A stretch of 64,000 nucleotides of DNA, from positions 62,001-126,000 of the forward strand of contig JAPETS010000043.1 of NCBI GenBank assembly GCA_026023565.1. The letters are read 5' to 3'. Source of the DNA: Cirrosporium novae-zelandiae (taxonomy: Eukaryota). The translations under genes were made by a program, and so were the position numbers. Below the pieces are notes generated by a model. It did no database searches, was not told the origin of the DNA, and worked only from the letters and a program-made list of their open reading frames with translations. Positions 60,588-64,000 of this stretch are shown piece by piece (position 1 is the stretch's first letter; each line of letters starts with the position of its first letter).

Positions 60588-63482
60588 CTACCATTGCTGA
60601 CTAGCATTCACATCCCAAACAACCCCATCATCCGAATTCCGCTCACACCTATCCTCCCCCTTAACATCATTAACCGACCTCCCATAAATCCCCTCCGTCT
60701 TTCTCCACAGCTTGACTGGACTCTGTCTGGAGCTTGGGAACGTTGTAGAAGAGGTAGTGTATCGATGATTGGTCCAGGTCTCTTCATCGTGGTTGTAGCG
60801 GGCGTAGCGGATGTTAGCATCTACGCTTATTTCGCCGTCACCTGTGGGGGAGACGTCTGTTTTTATCCTTGTGATGTTGGTGTCAGATGACGAATTCCCC
60901 TCTTTTGGAGATTTTGCGTTAGTGTCACTCTTGGGGTTTGGATCTGGTTTGAGTGATGAGGAGTTCAAGGATGTACAGTTGGTAGTGGTGGCGGTAGGAG
61001 ATTTCTTATCACTTTCTACTCCTACTGATGCCTTGAATGCGTTAAACGCCCTAAAGACATCTTCAGAAACGTATTTATCCCATTCCGGCTCCAGGGAATG
61101 CAGCGTTTGCAACAAACGGCCCATGTCTCCCTTCGCCTGTTCCGTGCAATGGCCTACGACGATTCTTTTTATCCCTCGAGAAAATAGATGCCACATGTAC
61201 TGCTCTCGCTCGGACTGGGTTGCTGGTTGGGATAAAGACCATAGCAGTGCTTGGGCTCGATATGTTTCCCATGGTTGAAATAGGATCATGGCCTTGAAAC
61301 GAAGGAATAGTCTAATTATTTCGAACCAGGCTTTCGTGGCCAGAATACCCATGGCGGCGAGTGGGAGAACTCGTGTGTATGTGATATAGGGGAGCTCTGT
61401 TTCTACCTCGTTGCTTAACATGCGGAGGTCGCAATGGAGAAGAGCGCCGAAGCCGGGGAGTCGATGGAGGTGGCCTAGCGCTGGATCTTGCGTGCTGTTG
61501 ATTGCGGGACTGCAGAGCTGGATAAGCTCATCATATCTTTGCTGCATTGCTGGTATTAAACTCTGTGATACGGACATGGTGCGTCGGTCCAGAGAGTTTT
61601 CCATATCGGACCCTCTCCGTCCTCGGCCTTCAAGGCGAGATATAGTTTCGGCGTCTATAGGGGGTATGCCATACATGGCCTCCTGCATCATTCCAAATGC
61701 GTCAGCCAAGGTGCGTTGATGTGCGGCACTCATGAAGGTTCTCAAGCCCAGGCTTTTCGCATCGATCACATTTCGGAGTTGGATCATGGAGTAGTACAAA
61801 TCTAAACCTTCTATCCCCACTCCGGCTTCGAGAGGATATCGGGCATTTCTAAAAATTTCCCGGTATGGAGCAGATTGTGGGATCACTCTAGTATTTGTAG
61901 AGTTAAAGCGGCCCTTGAATCCACTTCCGAACATGATAAATGAGACTGCCCTCTTTATGAATTTAGGAATCGTTTCTCGATTAATGCCCCCAAGAGCGTA
62001 CACCTCCGCACCGCGAGCTTGATGACCTGCTGTGGCTAGGACTAGGAGATCAAAGGCAGGCAGAGGCATAGTACGTAGCTTGACGACGTAAGGAGCATCG
62101 AGAATACATCCGAGTGTCCCCGCCGCTTCATAATTCAGCTTGGTATCCTCGACCTGAGAATGAGACCCTGCTGCCATATCACAGACAATCAAACAGCATG
62201 AGCCAACTAAGACACCGGTTTCCTGCCAGTTGAAAATCATCTCTCGCATGGCCGATAGATCTCGCGGCACCATATTCGTAAAGGTCTTGTACTTCTGGGC
62301 TAGCCAGAGCGGTCGTGAGTAGCCCTGACCGCCGTCAACTCCAACAACCTTGATGCCCTTGGCGGCAAGGACTTGCGACATATGGCCTGGTCGGTCCCCT
62401 AGAACGAGGACGTATTCATCTCTCCCAGCTTGCATTTCCTCCAATAGAGTCTTGAGTAGCTGGCCTAGATACTCTAGCTTTTCTTTGCCGACCGTGGGGC
62501 GGACAAGTAGACAATCGGTGAGGTCTGGGGCGAATCCGGTGGATTCGCTGAGGTCACGTGTGTAGCCAGGGGGGACAGGAAGGGGTTCAGGAGATTTGGA
62601 AGAAGTATAGATGCTAGATCTATAGGTATTAGAGCAAGATCTTTCTATCTTTATGTTAGCATCGGCGTTTTTGCTATTTTCAAGGTTGGAGCTATCCCCC
62701 ATTAATTCCCCGTCAGAATCCAGAGATCCTTCTTGCATGTCCATAGCGTGTTCTTCGTCACGAGGCCCACGCTGGCTCTCTCTCATATCAATAACGGCGT
62801 TGGGTAATTTTGAGGGTGTGGGAGTCAAAGTATAATCTTGAGATGGCTGCCCATCATCTTCAGACTGAGAACCTTTAAGTGATTTAGGGGATGCCGATCT
62901 TATATGTGTATCATCCCCGAACTCCTTCATCCACGCATCAAAAAAGTTGTTTTCTTCGGCTCTCTTTTTTCTCCCACGCCCTCTCTGAAATGTTACAATG
63001 TTTTCGACGTTACAGAGCGAACGCAATGGCTGGTGCGGCATTTCATCTCTTGCATTACATCCTTTTATAAAGTCTTCAAGCAATCTGGCTATTGGGCCAC
63101 ATCCTATCGCGGGGACTTGAGGGTTATCACTTTTGAGAACTTCGAGGGTGAGGGGAATTTCCCATATTGACATAAGGCCTTGGAAGTATAATTTAACTTG
63201 CAAGTTGACACCGGTGGGGAATCCAAGAAGAGATTGGATGAATAGTAACGGTTCAGATGTGGTGGGAACAACAGCTGGGCCATTTGTAAATGGCAAGGTT
63301 ATATCAAGATCCTGGGCTTTATTTCCTGCTTTTATATGAGATAGCCTAGTGACATAAATAGTCGTAGTGGTTAACGAGAATTCGTAACCATTAGAGGAGT
63401 TAATTTCGACCTTGAAAGGTAAGGTCCAAAATTTACCGGCTATGTTAGAAACAATGTAGTATGCTGACACCGAAGTCTTCAT
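60588..63482 (-). CDS. 964-aa protein with FtsJ/RrmJ-type 2'-O-methyltransferase domain, probable endogenised mycovirus (polymycovirus/hadakavirus-like) methyltransferase fused to an unknown N-terminal region
   Basis: Uninterrupted 2.9-kb ORF. Motifs in order GKEKLEYL (K), VLVLGDRPGHMSQVL and VVGVD (SAM binding), LIVCDMA (D), YVVKL (K), GAEVYAL (E). Lacks the RAAFKL/DLxAAPGGW strings of cellular Spb1/Trm7/Mrm2. Confidence 0.7.
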   Translation of the reverse strand: MKTSVSAYYIVSNIAGKFWTLPFKVEINSSNGYEFSLTTTTIYVTRLSHIKAGNKAQDLDITLPFTNGPAVVPTTSEPLLFIQSLLGFPTGVNLQVKLYFQGLMSIWEIPLTLEVLKSDNPQVPAIGCGPIARLLEDFIKGCNARDEMPHQPLRSLCNVENIVTFQRGRGRKKRAEENNFFDAWMKEFGDDTHIRSASPKSLKGSQSEDDGQPSQDYTLTPTPSKLPNAVIDMRESQRGPRDEEHAMDMQEGSLDSDGELMGDSSNLENSKNADANIKIERSCSNTYRSSIYTSSKSPEPLPVPPGYTRDLSESTGFAPDLTDCLLVRPTVGKEKLEYLGQLLKTLLEEMQAGRDEYVLVLGDRPGHMSQVLAAKGIKVVGVDGGQGYSRPLWLAQKYKTFTNMVPRDLSAMREMIFNWQETGVLVGSCCLIVCDMAAGSHSQVEDTKLNYEAAGTLGCILDAPYVVKLRTMPLPAFDLLVLATAGHQARGAEVYALGGINRETIPKFIKRAVSFIMFGSGFKGRFNSTNTRVIPQSAPYREIFRNARYPLEAGVGIEGLDLYYSMIQLRNVIDAKSLGLRTFMSAAHQRTLADAFGMMQEAMYGIPPIDAETISRLEGRGRRGSDMENSLDRRTMSVSQSLIPAMQQRYDELIQLCSPAINSTQDPALGHLHRLPGFGALLHCDLRMLSNEVETELPYITYTRVLPLAAMGILATKAWFEIIRLFLRFKAMILFQPWETYRAQALLWSLSQPATQSEREQYMWHLFSRGIKRIVVGHCTEQAKGDMGRLLQTLHSLEPEWDKYVSEDVFRAFNAFKASVGVESDKKSPTATTTNCTSLNSSSLKPDPNPKSDTNAKSPKEGNSSSDTNITRIKTDVSPTGDGEISVDANIRYARYNHDEETWTNHRYTTSSTTFPSSRQSPVKLWRKTEGIYGRSVNDVKGEDRCERNSDDGVVWDVNASQQW

Positions 63483-64000
63483 GTTGAGGACTGTGAATTT
63501 GAGGTAAGGTCTTGAAATGAGTTAAGCCTCAGTAAAGATGGAATTAATAAGGGGGACTATATTAAATCCTTATGATGTTGCTGCTTCGATCTATCAGTAT
63601 AAGCTAGGATGAGAAGAACAAGAAAAGTTCTAGTTGTTAGGATAAACACGGGGCATCTATGTGACCCAAGGTAGTCGCAACTCATGCAAATATGAAAATT
63701 CACCTCGTGCATGTGTGTTTGTAAATAAATATATTCACTTTTTCCCATGCTTTCGTTAAGGCATGTAGGCAAGAGGTGCTTGCCGACGGGTGATGGAGTG
63801 AGTTTGTTTGTCTAATTACTGTCCTTATAGCCATCCATGGAATTAGAGGTTGCTGTACCTTGGTGTCATTAATGTTTGCCTTGAGGCTCAAACAATGAAG
63901 AGTAAAATGTTTCATTCATGAGGTTATAAAACAGAATGCTATATGTATACCAAATACATTATATTGCAGGAAAACTTGAAGGAAAGGACTCCTAATTCGG

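Noticed and set aside
61980..62520. Assignment of the 964-aa ORF to cellular Spb1/Trm7/Mrm2 rRNA/tRNA methyltransferases
   Set aside because: Those have the MTase domain at or near the N-terminus with RAAFKL and DLxAAPGGW signatures. Here the domain is central and these strings are absent.
1..64000. tRNA, rRNA, spliceosomal snRNA genes and intact transposase/RT ORFs
   Set aside because: None recognised by eye; tRNAscan-SE and Rfam scans are needed to exclude divergent or intron-containing copies.

Overview
Nuclear DNA of a filamentous ascomycete (Pezizomycotina-type genes, GT-AG introns with CTRAC-like branch points, many microsatellites). I reconstructed about 17 protein genes by hand. They include PFS2 (3' part), a SET-domain protein, a divergent RNH202/MCM10 pair, ILV2, GAL1, SEC28, a Far3/SIKE-like STRIPAK subunit, a Ser/Pro-rich protein, a class I methyltransferase, SAM35, a Mac1-type copper-fist factor, a C2H2 factor, COX24 divergent from a conserved unknown gene, and a PrnB-type proline permease. 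The most unusual element is an intact 964-codon ORF at 60588-63482 (-). Its core has an FtsJ/RrmJ K-D-K-E 2'-O-methyltransferase signature unlike the cellular enzymes and reminiscent of the polymycovirus/hadakavirus RNA3 methyltransferase. It is fused to an unrelated N-terminal region and sits behind host-type splice and start signals, so it is a candidate domesticated RNA-virus gene. Also found, and not evident from the ORF track: a 41-aa cationic microprotein behind a spliced leader, a HeLo-domain/kinase-like pseudogene with RIP-style stops, and a foldback element. All family assignments come from motif recognition; no database searches were run.
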